Shown: positions 36,886-46,131 of the stretch, piece by piece | Numbering within the stretch: the stretch's first letter is position 1 | How the letters are laid out: the number at the start of each line of letters is the position of its first letter | From: an uncultured Vicinamibacteraceae bacterium | GTDB taxonomy: Bacteria > Acidobacteriota > Vicinamibacteria > Vicinamibacterales > UBA8438 | NCBI GenBank assembly: GCA_964624855.1 | Contig: CAZUZW010000009.1 | Coordinates: 2,921 to 66,920, forward strand | Direction: 5' to 3' | DNA length: 64,000 nucleotides | The notes under the pieces: generated by a model | Databases searched by the model: none | Told to the model about the DNA's origin: nothing | The model's input: only the letters and a program-made list of their open reading frames with translations | Program-made: the position numbers and the translations under genes

Positions 36886-37845
36886 ATGAGTTGGCCGGTG
36901 TCCCCCACAGCACTGAGCGCCAACAAGAGGTCTTTTAGCGGACTTTTATCAGCGAAACGAGTTGTTTGTTCCCATAACAGAGGGCTTGCGACCGTTTTAT
37001 CCATAGCTGTGATGGTGTTCTCGATGCTAACTACCACGACCGTATTTGCGCAGGGTGGGGATAGTCAAATGGGTTGGTCCGGCGAGGCAGAACTGACGTT
37101 GGTTTTGACTGCTGGTAACACAGAGACAAGTACGCTGGGATTCAGAAACGAGATCGTTCGGACGTGGGACGGTTCTGAACTGTTGATAGATGTGGGAGCG
37201 GTGCGAACTGAGTCAACTACATTTACACGCAAAGCAATTGGCGCCTCACCATCCAGCTTTCAAATAATAAAGGAGTCAACAACGGCGGTGACGGCCGAAA
37301 AGTTTGATGGACGTGGGCGGTATGAACGCAACCTTGATCTTCGTATGTTTTGGTACGGTGCCATGGGATGGGAGCGAAATACGTTCGCTGGTATCCGAAA
37401 CCGCTATTTTGGAGGAGGAGGCGTAGGCAATACATGGGTTGACCGAGAACGGTCGGTCTTTAAAACCACCTACGGACTGAGTTACACCTTTCAAGACGAT
37501 GTCGTGCGTGTTGTCGGTGCCGTGAATACATTTGCTGGTTTCCAGGCATCTTACGACTATCGGCAAGCCATTACGGATAGCACGACCTTTACCAGTGTGC
37601 TTGTCACCGATGAAAATCTTGTCGAATTGGCCGATCTACGTGTTGATCTTGTTAATGCTATTGCGGTTGGTATGACCAATCGTCTGGCCTTGAAGGTTAG
37701 TTGGCAGGTTCTTTATGATCGTCAACCGTCTCTTGTGGGACTTCCGTTGATTGGAAATGACGGAGTTTTTACCGGTGACACCGTTTTTTCAGAATTAGAG
37801 ACATTTGATAATTTACTGACGTTTGCGCTTGTCGCTAATTTTTAA
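36886..37845 (+). CDS. DUF481-like outer-membrane beta-barrel protein
   Basis: GEAELTLVLTAGNTETSTLGF plus an alternating amphipathic pattern and a C-terminal ...LVANF (terminal Phe), typical of OM barrels. Start is uncertain: candidates are 36787, 36886 and 37012. Confidence 0.55.
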   Translation: MSWPVSPTALSANKRSFSGLLSAKRVVCSHNRGLATVLSIAVMVFSMLTTTTVFAQGGDSQMGWSGEAELTLVLTAGNTETSTLGFRNEIVRTWDGSELLIDVGAVRTESTTFTRKAIGASPSSFQIIKESTTAVTAEKFDGRGRYERNLDLRMFWYGAMGWERNTFAGIRNRYFGGGGVGNTWVDRERSVFKTTYGLSYTFQDDVVRVVGAVNTFAGFQASYDYRQAITDSTTFTSVLVTDENLVELADLRVDLVNAIAVGMTNRLALKVSWQVLYDRQPSLVGLPLIGNDGVFTGDTVFSELETFDNLLTFALVANF

Positions 37846-38061
37846 CCGGTGATTGCAACGACGAAATTAAATCTCTGTACTCGTTCAGTGTGGGACTTTG
37901 TCAGTTTGAGGTTAATGACTGACTCGTAAGTCTATCGGTTGTCGGATCTGAACATTGCTAGCAAAACGTCTTCCGAAGTGGATTGACGTTTCTGAACTGC
38001 CACGACATATACGAGATAAACCACAAGTTAAGATAGAGTTATACGTTTGAAGGGAGACACC

Positions 38062-38721
38062 ATGGCACTGCGGATCAATGATGAGGCACCGAATTTTACT
38101 GCCGAAACAACCGAAGGGACAATTACATTTCATGATTGGATAGGCGATGGGTGGGCGGTCCTATTTTCTCACCCAAAGGACTTTACCCCGGTGTGTACAA
38201 CGGAGTTGGGTACTGTCGCAGGTTTAAAACCTGAATTCGAGAAGCGTAACTGCAAAGTGCTTGGGATTAGTGTCGATGCCGTCAGTAACCACGAGGCATG
38301 GTCAAAGGATATAGAGGCCTCACAAGGCCATTCCGTCAACTATCCGCTGATCGGAGACCCAACATTACAGGTCGTAAAGCTGTATGACATGCTACCGGCT
38401 GAGGCGGGTGATACGTGTGAAGGACGGACCCCTGCGGACAACGCTACCGCACGGTCAGTTTTCCTGATCGGTCCTGACAAGAGAATCAAGGCGACGCTGA
38501 CCTATCCGATGAGCACTGGTCGAAACTTTGATGAAATTCTTCGTTTGCTTGATTCATGTCAATTGACTGCAGCGAAGAAAGTAGCGACACCGGCGAATTG
38601 GCAACAGGGAAATGATGTAATCATCTTACCGTCCGTGTCGGACGAAGCAGCAAAGGAAACCTACCCTGACGGATGGGAATCACCGCTTCCGTATATACGC
38701 GTGGTGCCGCAGCCCAAGTAG
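38062..38721 (+). CDS. 1-Cys peroxiredoxin (Prx6-type)
   Basis: FSHPKDFTPVCTTEL active-site motif. GAAGGGAG lies upstream of the ATG at 38062. Confidence 0.9.
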   Translation: MALRINDEAPNFTAETTEGTITFHDWIGDGWAVLFSHPKDFTPVCTTELGTVAGLKPEFEKRNCKVLGISVDAVSNHEAWSKDIEASQGHSVNYPLIGDPTLQVVKLYDMLPAEAGDTCEGRTPADNATARSVFLIGPDKRIKATLTYPMSTGRNFDEILRLLDSCQLTAAKKVATPANWQQGNDVIILPSVSDEAAKETYPDGWESPLPYIRVVPQPK

Positions 38722-38753
38722 GTTTTAGTTGCGCCGGCGATCGGTAGTTAACC

Positions 38754-40007
38754 TTAGGGTTGGGTTGGTATCTGTAACTGTTGTCCGATCCTGATTGTGG
38801 TATTCCGACCTAACTGATTGGCTGCTTGGATTGACTGGACAGTGGTGCTGTAACGCCTGGCCAGAGCGGCTAATGTATCTCCGCGAACTACGCGGTGTGT
38901 ATTGTAAGTTGGTTGCGGGGTTTTGGGGCGGACTTTTAGCAGCATTCCAGTGCTGATGGATTGGCTGTCAAAGAGGTAATTGTCTCTGATGATGCGCCAA
39001 GGTTCAGAATTTCTTTCGTCAGCGATCGTTTTGAGGGTATCTCCTGGTTGAACTACGTATTGGTCGTGTTCACCCTCCCATGCCACTGGAATTATCAGAG
39101 TCTGTCCATCAGGGAGCGTTTGTAGACGCCAGAGGCCGTTGGTATCACGCAAGACGTCGAGCTGCACATCCAATGTGAATGCCAAATTGAAGTAGTTATC
39201 ACCCTTTTTCGTAACGTATTGAATTTCCTGACCGGTCTGGGTGAATAAGTCTTTTCGTGGTACTGGTGGAACTGCCATGAGCTGTCCAGCACGCAGTGTT
39301 CTAATTGCCAAAAATGGATTGTGGATACGTAGTTGCAGGATGGGGATGCCCGTTCTCGCTGAGATAGTCCACCAATCATCCCCTTCACGTACTGATACCA
39401 GCGATAGTCTTTGGGCATGGTAGCGAATCGATCGTTTATAGAGTTTAAGGACGCTTCGATAATGACCGACACCAAAAACATATTGTAGAGATTCAAGCGG
39501 TGGTCGTCCTCGACTGACGCGGCCTGGTCCACCGTTATAAGCGGCAAGGGCAAAATCTTCTCGGTCGAATCGTGTGATCATTTGCGAAAGATATTTCACG
39601 CCGGCCTCAATATTCGTAGCGACACTGAGAGAACGGAATGTTGCAGGCATGACCTGGAAGTAGCCCTGTGCTCCAGCGTGTGAATTGAGGTTGGCGTTGC
39701 CGCCAGATTCGTAGAGACAGACCGCAAGTGCCAAATCAATATCGACATCGTAGGTCTCTGCGTATAGTCGGATGTCGGATTCTATTTCTATGACCTTGCG
39801 GTAGATTCCAAGAAAGGCTGGCGAAAATTCTTCGATCGGGCGGAGATCACCGAATTGTGACGCCTGAGAGGGCGTATTGGCGATAAAGAGAAATGCGGAA
39901 ATAAAACCGACAAGTACTAAGAAGCGATACGTCGAGCCTCGATGAATCGACAGACGCAACATCAGTGATTCCTCAAACAGGCGAGCGTTGAACGCACGCG
40001 GCCACAT
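38754..40007 (-). CDS. Lytic transglycosylase (SLT domain) with multiple LysM repeats
   Basis: SLT motif LYESGGNANLNSHAGAQGYFQVMP. C-terminal LysM-like repeats (VREGDDWWTISARTG, VVQPGDTLKTIA, VVRGDTLAALARRY). The start may be the internal Met at 39962. Confidence 0.8.
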   Translation of the reverse strand: MWPRAFNARLFEESLMLRLSIHRGSTYRFLVLVGFISAFLFIANTPSQASQFGDLRPIEEFSPAFLGIYRKVIEIESDIRLYAETYDVDIDLALAVCLYESGGNANLNSHAGAQGYFQVMPATFRSLSVATNIEAGVKYLSQMITRFDREDFALAAYNGGPGRVSRGRPPLESLQYVFGVGHYRSVLKLYKRSIRYHAQRLSLVSVREGDDWWTISARTGIPILQLRIHNPFLAIRTLRAGQLMAVPPVPRKDLFTQTGQEIQYVTKKGDNYFNLAFTLDVQLDVLRDTNGLWRLQTLPDGQTLIIPVAWEGEHDQYVVQPGDTLKTIADERNSEPWRIIRDNYLFDSQSISTGMLLKVRPKTPQPTYNTHRVVRGDTLAALARRYSTTVQSIQAANQLGRNTTIRIGQQLQIPTQP

Positions 40008-40016
40008 TAAAGCATA

Positions 40017-41204
40017 ATGGTGGATATGTCCAAGATTGCATGCGCGCAGAGAACCCGTGGATTTACGGAATCGGTGATCCGAGAAATGACTCGACTTTGC
40101 GGGAAATATGATGCGGTCAATTTGTCGCAGGGGTTTCCTGACTTTCCCGCGTCTGAATTTGTAAAGGATGCCGCGTGTGCGGCCATTCAGAGTGACGTGA
40201 ACCAGTACGCCATTACGTGGGGTTCCGTCGAGATGAGAGGTGCGGTCGCGAACAGTTTCGGGACACGTTACGGTTGCACTGTTGATCCTGCGACTCAGGT
40301 TACTGTGTGCTGTGGTGCAACAGAGGCGATGGTAGCGAGCCTTCTTGCCATCGTGGATCCAGGTGACGAAGTCATTGTGTTTGAACCGTTCTACGAAAAC
40401 TACGGTCCTGATGCGATCCTGTCTGGCGCAATTCCGCGCTATGTAACCCTACGTGAACCGGATTGGACCTTTGACATCGATGAGTTAACGCGTGCTTTTA
40501 CCTCTCGAACCAAGGCAATCATCATCAATACGCCAAACAATCCGACTGGGAAGGTATTTTCGGAGGAGGAGTTGTTAATCATTGCTAGGCTGTGCCAGCA
40601 ATGGAATGTGGTGGCTATTACAGACGAGATCTACGAGCACATCATTTATGACGATGTGCAGCATGTGCCCATGGCCACGCTTGATGGTATGGCTGAGCGG
40701 ACGGTGACCATCAATAGTCTGTCCAAGACATATAGTGTGACTGGCTGGCGAGTCGGATGGGTGATCGCGCCAGACTGGTTAACCGATGGCATTCGGAAGG
40801 TGCATGATTTCTTGACAGTTGGTGCGGCGGCCCCTTTGCAGGCTGCGGGCTCTAAGGCACTGTCGCTCCCAGATTCCTATTACCGAAATCTCAAGGAAGA
40901 ATATCAACGCCGGCGGGATCTACTTCTTGAGATTCTTGAAACCCACGGGTTTGTCTGCTACCGACCGGCCGGAGCCTATTACATTATGAGCGACATTAGT
41001 CACTTTCAACTTGGCGATGATGTCACTTTTACCCGCAGGTTGATTGAGGATGTGGGAGTTGCAGCTGTGCCCGGAAGCAGTTTTTATCATGAACCAGGAC
41101 AGGGGGACACGAAGATTAGATTCTGTTTTTGCAAGCGAGACGAAACGCTGCGCGAAGCTGACCATCGACTCGCCCGGCTTAAGAGATTAATTCCTAGTTG
41201 TTAA
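40017..41204 (+). CDS. PLP-dependent aminotransferase, class I (YbdL/kynurenine-aminotransferase-like)
   Basis: NLSQGFPDF, NTPNNPTG and the PLP-lysine block NSLSKTYSVTGWRVGW. Confidence 0.85.
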   Translation: MVDMSKIACAQRTRGFTESVIREMTRLCGKYDAVNLSQGFPDFPASEFVKDAACAAIQSDVNQYAITWGSVEMRGAVANSFGTRYGCTVDPATQVTVCCGATEAMVASLLAIVDPGDEVIVFEPFYENYGPDAILSGAIPRYVTLREPDWTFDIDELTRAFTSRTKAIIINTPNNPTGKVFSEEELLIIARLCQQWNVVAITDEIYEHIIYDDVQHVPMATLDGMAERTVTINSLSKTYSVTGWRVGWVIAPDWLTDGIRKVHDFLTVGAAAPLQAAGSKALSLPDSYYRNLKEEYQRRRDLLLEILETHGFVCYRPAGAYYIMSDISHFQLGDDVTFTRRLIEDVGVAAVPGSSFYHEPGQGDTKIRFCFCKRDETLREADHRLARLKRLIPSC

Positions 41205-41369
41205 AGTTCGTTTCGTCACCGTAGGAAAAGCTGGCCAGTTAACCAACTTTCTTTTCAACGATCGCGTTGAGTCGACGAGTTCCTCGAGAGGTCCTATATC
41301 TTACTGTTGCTCTTGGTTGAGCGATTTGCTGGATCTGGAGAAAGCGATGAGAACTGTTATCCTAATTAG

Positions 41370-43148
41370 TTGGCAATTCGAGACTCACTGCAGAAACTTC
41401 TTCCCTATCTAGTTCGCTACCGAAGTCGGTTTTCGGTTGGCATGATATTTCTGGTCCTGAACGTCAGCATTCAACTCATTTCACCATGGGTCCTCATGTA
41501 CGCGATTGATGATCTTACGCTGGACGTAACGCGTCAGAAACTAGCCGTTTACTCAACCTTACTAATAGTGATTGCACTGACTGGTGGGGTGTTTAGTTTT
41601 CTGACCCGTCGGACCATCATCGGCATCTCGCGTCAGGTCGAATATGACTTAAAGAATGATTTCTTCTCTCATTTACAGCTTTTGTCTGTGGATTATTTTC
41701 AACGTCATCGGACTGGTGACCTGATGTCGCGGGTAACCAACGACTTGAACGCTGTTCGAATGATGGTCGGGCCAGCCGTCATGTATTCCTGTACGACCTC
41801 AATGACGTTTGTAGTGGCTGTTCTCTTGATGTTTTCGATCTCGCCTCGGTTGACATTACTAGGCCTGCTACCTCTTCCGTTTGTTTCGTTGGTAGTAAAA
41901 GGATTCGGTAAGGCCATCTATCAGCGGTCAGAACAGGTTCAGGAAGCATTGGCGCATATGAGTGCGACGGTGCAAGAGGCATTGGCCGGTGTAAGGGTAG
42001 TCCGCGCTTATGGCCGGGAAGCTGGCGAAATAGAACGGTTTCGTGAGTCGAATGATGATTACCTAAATCGGAATCGAACCGTGATCCAACTCCAAGCATT
42101 GTTCTACCCAACGATGGCGTTATTCCTGGGGTTTTCAGGTCTCATTGTGTTGTGGCAAGGCAGTCGGTTGGTGGTCGCCAATCAGATTACGGTGGGAGAC
42201 TTCGTTGCCTTCAACGCTTATCTTGTGATGTTAGCGTGGCCGATGATTGCTTTTGGCTGGGTCACAAACATGCTGCAGCGAGGTCTTGCGGCGTGGCATC
42301 GTATTCTCAACGTTTTAGAAGCCGTTCCTTCAATTACAGACCGTGGTTTAGACGGAGCTTGCAATTCAAAAAGGGAAATTCAAGGGAAGATAGAGTTTCG
42401 CAATCTACACTTTGCTTACGATGACCAACCAGTGTTGGAAGCTGTTTCTGCGACAGTGGAGGCAGGTCAAATGCTGGCCTTGGTTGGAGCCACAGGGTCT
42501 GGAAAATCTACGCTTGTGAATTTATTGCCACGACTGTTCGATCCGCCTCCTCAAACTGTGTTGATTGATGGTATCGACATCAGAGATTTGTCCTTGTCAG
42601 CCTTGCGGCGCGCTATAGGCTATGTTCCTCAGGAACCTTTTCTCTTTTCCCAAACGATTGCTCAAAATGTGGCATTTGGGCTCTCCAGTTCTGAACATCA
42701 GACCCAGGCTGTATCCGAAATTAATCCGATAGAGCGGGCAGTCGACATTGCCCGTCTTGATAAGGATCTAATTGATTTTCGAGAGGGACTCGATACGACG
42801 GTTGGGGAGCGTGGTGTAACTCTTTCTGGTGGCCAGAAGCAACGGGTAGCGATTGCTCGCGCACTCATGGCTGATCCAAAAATATTGATTCTTGACGACG
42901 CGTTTTCTGCGGTTGATACGAAGACCGAACAGGAGATTCTCACGGGTTTGCGGCCACTACTACGCCAACGAACTTCGATCGTGGTCTCTCACCGAATTTC
43001 CACTATTCGCGAGGCTGACCTGATTCTTGTCTTAGACGGCGGTCAGGTCATAGAGCGAGGCGATCATCGGACGTTAGTAGCCAAGGATGGTGTTTACGCG
43101 GAGCTCCATCGGAAGCAACTTTTAGAAGCGGAACTTGACGCATCGTGA
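41370..43148 (+). CDS. ABC exporter half-transporter, chain with degenerate Walker B (heterodimer partner 1)
   Basis: TM domain, then Walker A GATGSGKST, canonical signature LSGGQKQRVAIARAL, and Walker B ILILDDAFS (Asp where the catalytic Glu normally sits). TTG start. Confidence 0.9.
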   Translation: MAIRDSLQKLLPYLVRYRSRFSVGMIFLVLNVSIQLISPWVLMYAIDDLTLDVTRQKLAVYSTLLIVIALTGGVFSFLTRRTIIGISRQVEYDLKNDFFSHLQLLSVDYFQRHRTGDLMSRVTNDLNAVRMMVGPAVMYSCTTSMTFVVAVLLMFSISPRLTLLGLLPLPFVSLVVKGFGKAIYQRSEQVQEALAHMSATVQEALAGVRVVRAYGREAGEIERFRESNDDYLNRNRTVIQLQALFYPTMALFLGFSGLIVLWQGSRLVVANQITVGDFVAFNAYLVMLAWPMIAFGWVTNMLQRGLAAWHRILNVLEAVPSITDRGLDGACNSKREIQGKIEFRNLHFAYDDQPVLEAVSATVEAGQMLALVGATGSGKSTLVNLLPRLFDPPPQTVLIDGIDIRDLSLSALRRAIGYVPQEPFLFSQTIAQNVAFGLSSSEHQTQAVSEINPIERAVDIARLDKDLIDFREGLDTTVGERGVTLSGGQKQRVAIARALMADPKILILDDAFSAVDTKTEQEILTGLRPLLRQRTSIVVSHRISTIREADLILVLDGGQVIERGDHRTLVAKDGVYAELHRKQLLEAELDAS

Positions 43149-43155
43149 GTTTTGC

Positions 43156-44967
43156 ATGATGGCTATGGACGAAGACGTAATTGGCAAGGCCTACGATTCA
43201 CGACTCATGCGGCGGTTGCTGGGCTATCTTCGTCCGCACCGACATAGTGTCGTGCTTGCACTAGCTGCGATTGTCGGACATTCGATGATGCAACTTACAT
43301 ATCCCTATCTGACCAAGGTCGCCATCGACCAACACATCTTGACCGGTGATTTGACTGGCCTTAATCAAATTGTTCTCCTATTTCTCGCAATCCTCTTGGC
43401 GTCGTTTCTTCTGGAATATTTGGAGACGTATACGATGCAAATGATGGGACAGCGGATCATGTACGACCTTCGTACTCAGATTTACAGTCATTTGCAGGCT
43501 CTGGATGTGCAGTTCTATGACCGGAACCCAGTTGGGCGGTTGATGACGCGTGTCACGACTGACGTCGATGCACTAAATGATCTATTTGCCTCTGGTGTGA
43601 TTGCTGTCTTCCGAGATGTGTTTACGCTGCTCGGAATTATGGTGATTCTCTTGGTCATGGATTGGCGACTAGCGTTAGTTGCTTTTTCGGTTCTGCCACT
43701 TATCGCTGCGGTGACGCACTGGTTTCGCAAGCATGCGCGCGAGTCTTATCGCCGGGTTCGTGGTTGGATTGCGAGAATCAATTCGACCCTACAGGAATCG
43801 ATTACTGGAATGACTACGATTCAACTGTTCCGACAGGAGCAGCGGAGTTTTGACAAGTTCGAAGACTTAAATAAATCGCACCGAGATGCAAACGTAGACT
43901 CGATTTTTTACTACGCTACGTTCTATCCTGCGGTTAATGTTCTCGGTGCTCTTGCTACCGCTCTGATTATTTGGTTCGGTGGTGGCTGGACGCTTGAGAA
44001 TACCCTCACGCTCGGATCGTTGGTTGCATTCCTACAATATTCGGCGAGGTTCTTTCGTCCGATCAGTGATTTATCTGAAAAATTCAATATTCTGCAGTCT
44101 GCGATGGCTTCGTCCGAACGGGTGTTTGGTCTTCTAGATACTCCTGTTGGAATTACGAACCCGGTCACCACGCCTGAAGTGGCGAAAGATCAACGCGGAC
44201 GAATTGCTTTTGACCATGTGTGGTTTGCTTATCGTGATGAAGATGTTTTGCGTGACGTGTCTTTTAGCATTGACCCTGGTGAGCGGGTCGGGATTGTAGG
44301 CGCGACAGGTTCGGGGAAGACCACACTGATTAATCTTCTACTCCGCTTTTATGATGTAGGCCGCGGAAGCGTATCGGTTGATGGTGTCGATGTAAGGCGG
44401 TTACCTCTATCTACGTTGCGTCGTCGGTTCGGACTCGTTTTGCAGGATGGCTATCTGTTCTCTGGGACCATTCGTGACAATGTCGCAATGGGACAAGATC
44501 ATCTTGACGATGACACGATTCTTACGATGGCGCGGCATGTTCACGCCGATCGTGTAATTGCACGGTCGACGAATGGATTAGATAGCCGAGTGGTGGAGCG
44601 TGGTGCCACGCTTTCGACTGGTGAAAAACAACTTCTATCGTTTGCTAGGGCATTAGCACATGAGCCTGAGATTTTGATTCTCGATGAAGCCACCTCGAAT
44701 GTGGATACTGACACGGAATTTCTTATTCAGGACGGACTCCGGACGCTGATGAAGGGACGCACGACAATTGCGATTGCCCACCGCCTATCGACAGTTCAAG
44801 ACATGGACCGCGTGCTGGTATTCCACCGAGGGGAACTTCGAGAGTCTGGTAGTCACCAAGAGTTGTTGGCATTGCGCGGGATCTACTACCGTCTGTACCA
44901 GCTTCAATACAAAGACCAAGAAGACCGGCGTTCTGTTTTAGAGAAGAATGTTCGTGAAGAACGTTAA
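43156..44967 (+). CDS. ABC exporter half-transporter, chain with degenerate signature motif (heterodimer partner 2)
   Basis: Walker A GATGSGKTT and Walker B ILILDEATS (canonical Glu), but the signature is LSTGEKQLLSFARAL instead of LSGGQ. The ATG at 43156 lies just after the upstream stop. Confidence 0.9.
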   Translation: MMAMDEDVIGKAYDSRLMRRLLGYLRPHRHSVVLALAAIVGHSMMQLTYPYLTKVAIDQHILTGDLTGLNQIVLLFLAILLASFLLEYLETYTMQMMGQRIMYDLRTQIYSHLQALDVQFYDRNPVGRLMTRVTTDVDALNDLFASGVIAVFRDVFTLLGIMVILLVMDWRLALVAFSVLPLIAAVTHWFRKHARESYRRVRGWIARINSTLQESITGMTTIQLFRQEQRSFDKFEDLNKSHRDANVDSIFYYATFYPAVNVLGALATALIIWFGGGWTLENTLTLGSLVAFLQYSARFFRPISDLSEKFNILQSAMASSERVFGLLDTPVGITNPVTTPEVAKDQRGRIAFDHVWFAYRDEDVLRDVSFSIDPGERVGIVGATGSGKTTLINLLLRFYDVGRGSVSVDGVDVRRLPLSTLRRRFGLVLQDGYLFSGTIRDNVAMGQDHLDDDTILTMARHVHADRVIARSTNGLDSRVVERGATLSTGEKQLLSFARALAHEPEILILDEATSNVDTDTEFLIQDGLRTLMKGRTTIAIAHRLSTVQDMDRVLVFHRGELRESGSHQELLALRGIYYRLYQLQYKDQEDRRSVLEKNVREER

Positions 44968-44986
44968 GATTGTAGGTAAGAACGCG

Positions 44987-46021
44987 CTATGGTTTGGTTT
45001 GAAGATGCTGATATCCGTCAGGTAGCATTTCTTCTTTTCCGTTTCGTATGAGAACAGTCGACGGGTCCTTGGTTATCGTTCCGATACAGGTGACTGGAAT
45101 TTTACCGCTTAGTTTCGCGACGGTTTCTACCCGTCGTTGCATATTTGGTGATGCTGTAAAGAGAAGTTCGTAATCGTCACCGCCTGTGATTGCAGCAATG
45201 ACAGGGTCTAGGCCACAAGATTCGAACCAGTGGCGTGCACCGGAACTAAGCGGGATGCTTTTTGCATCAATTCGAGCACCTAAACAATCTGCCTCTGCTA
45301 GCTGACGAATTCCATCAGCAAGACCGTCACTTAGATCAATACAGGATCGGGCTGCTTGGTTTTTGCCCAGTTGATTGCCGAGCCGAACCCGTGGCTCAGG
45401 GCAGAGGTATCGGTGTTGGCAATCTTTCGTGCCAGCGTCGGAAGAATCGCCAGTCTGTGGGGTCCGTAGTGAAGCGAGACCCGCGGCGGCACTACCAATC
45501 TCGCCGGTAACGTAGATGTTGTCACCTGGCTTAGCGCCAGTGCGCCTGAGAAGTTTTCGGCGTTTCACGTGTCCCATGGCAGTCACTTCAACATGTAATT
45601 CTTCTCTTGCTTCGGTGATGTTCCCGCCCACTAGTGCTGTTTTGTAGCGGGTTGCTAAGCTTAGTAGTCCGCCCACTAGGTCATCGAACTCTCGTGTCAG
45701 AGTAGTGGCGGGTAGTGCAAGAGAAAGGAGTGCGTGACTGGGTGTAGCCCCCATTGCCGCTAGGTCGCTAAGGCTGACAGCCAGAGTCTTGTGTCCAATG
45801 GCGTTCATAGGAGTCCACAATCGATCAAAATGTACGCCTTCAACCAATGTGTCTGTTGTAATCACGGAAACCGTTCCACGTTTTGGTTCAATGACAGCCG
45901 CATCATCACCTATGCCTAGTATTACTGATGGGAATGAATGGTCGGCTCGATTTTGAATTCTTCGAATTAGGTCATGTTCGCCTACGTCCGAGACGGTCTG
46001 ATCAGGAGGTGCATTACTCAC
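44987..46021 (-). CDS. thiL: Thiamine-monophosphate kinase
   Basis: GEHDLIRRI...GIGDDAAV N-terminal pattern and the AIR-synthase-related fold blocks (DTLVEGVHF, ALVGGN, DLSDGL). Confidence 0.85.
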   Translation of the reverse strand: MSNAPPDQTVSDVGEHDLIRRIQNRADHSFPSVILGIGDDAAVIEPKRGTVSVITTDTLVEGVHFDRLWTPMNAIGHKTLAVSLSDLAAMGATPSHALLSLALPATTLTREFDDLVGGLLSLATRYKTALVGGNITEAREELHVEVTAMGHVKRRKLLRRTGAKPGDNIYVTGEIGSAAAGLASLRTPQTGDSSDAGTKDCQHRYLCPEPRVRLGNQLGKNQAARSCIDLSDGLADGIRQLAEADCLGARIDAKSIPLSSGARHWFESCGLDPVIAAITGGDDYELLFTASPNMQRRVETVAKLSGKIPVTCIGTITKDPSTVLIRNGKEEMLPDGYQHLQTKP

Positions 46022-46131
46022 AGCATGAGATTCCAGATTCCTATTTTTAAATGGTTCTAGTCTGTTTCGAAATATTCATGAGAATGGAACCAGTAGAAGT
46101 CATACAGCGTTACGCTAGCACTCAATCAGAC

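Noticed and set aside
37983-38012. Candidate promoter upstream of the peroxiredoxin gene (TTGACG at 37983-37988 followed by CATATA/TATACG)
   Set aside because: The -10 match is only 3-4 of 6 depending on a 17- or 19-nt spacing. That is too weak to report as a feature without transcript-start data.
39095-39553. 152-aa minus-strand ORF in an alternative frame
   Set aside because: It sits inside the lytic transglycosylase/LysM gene, which reads in a different frame with clear SLT and LysM motifs. This frame has no family signal.
41205-41369. Possible terminator or regulatory hairpin after the aminotransferase gene (GAAAAG...CTTTTC around 41225-41255)
   Set aside because: The arms are A/T-rich and the intervening sequence is poorly paired. 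No U-tract follows. Not convincing as an intrinsic terminator.
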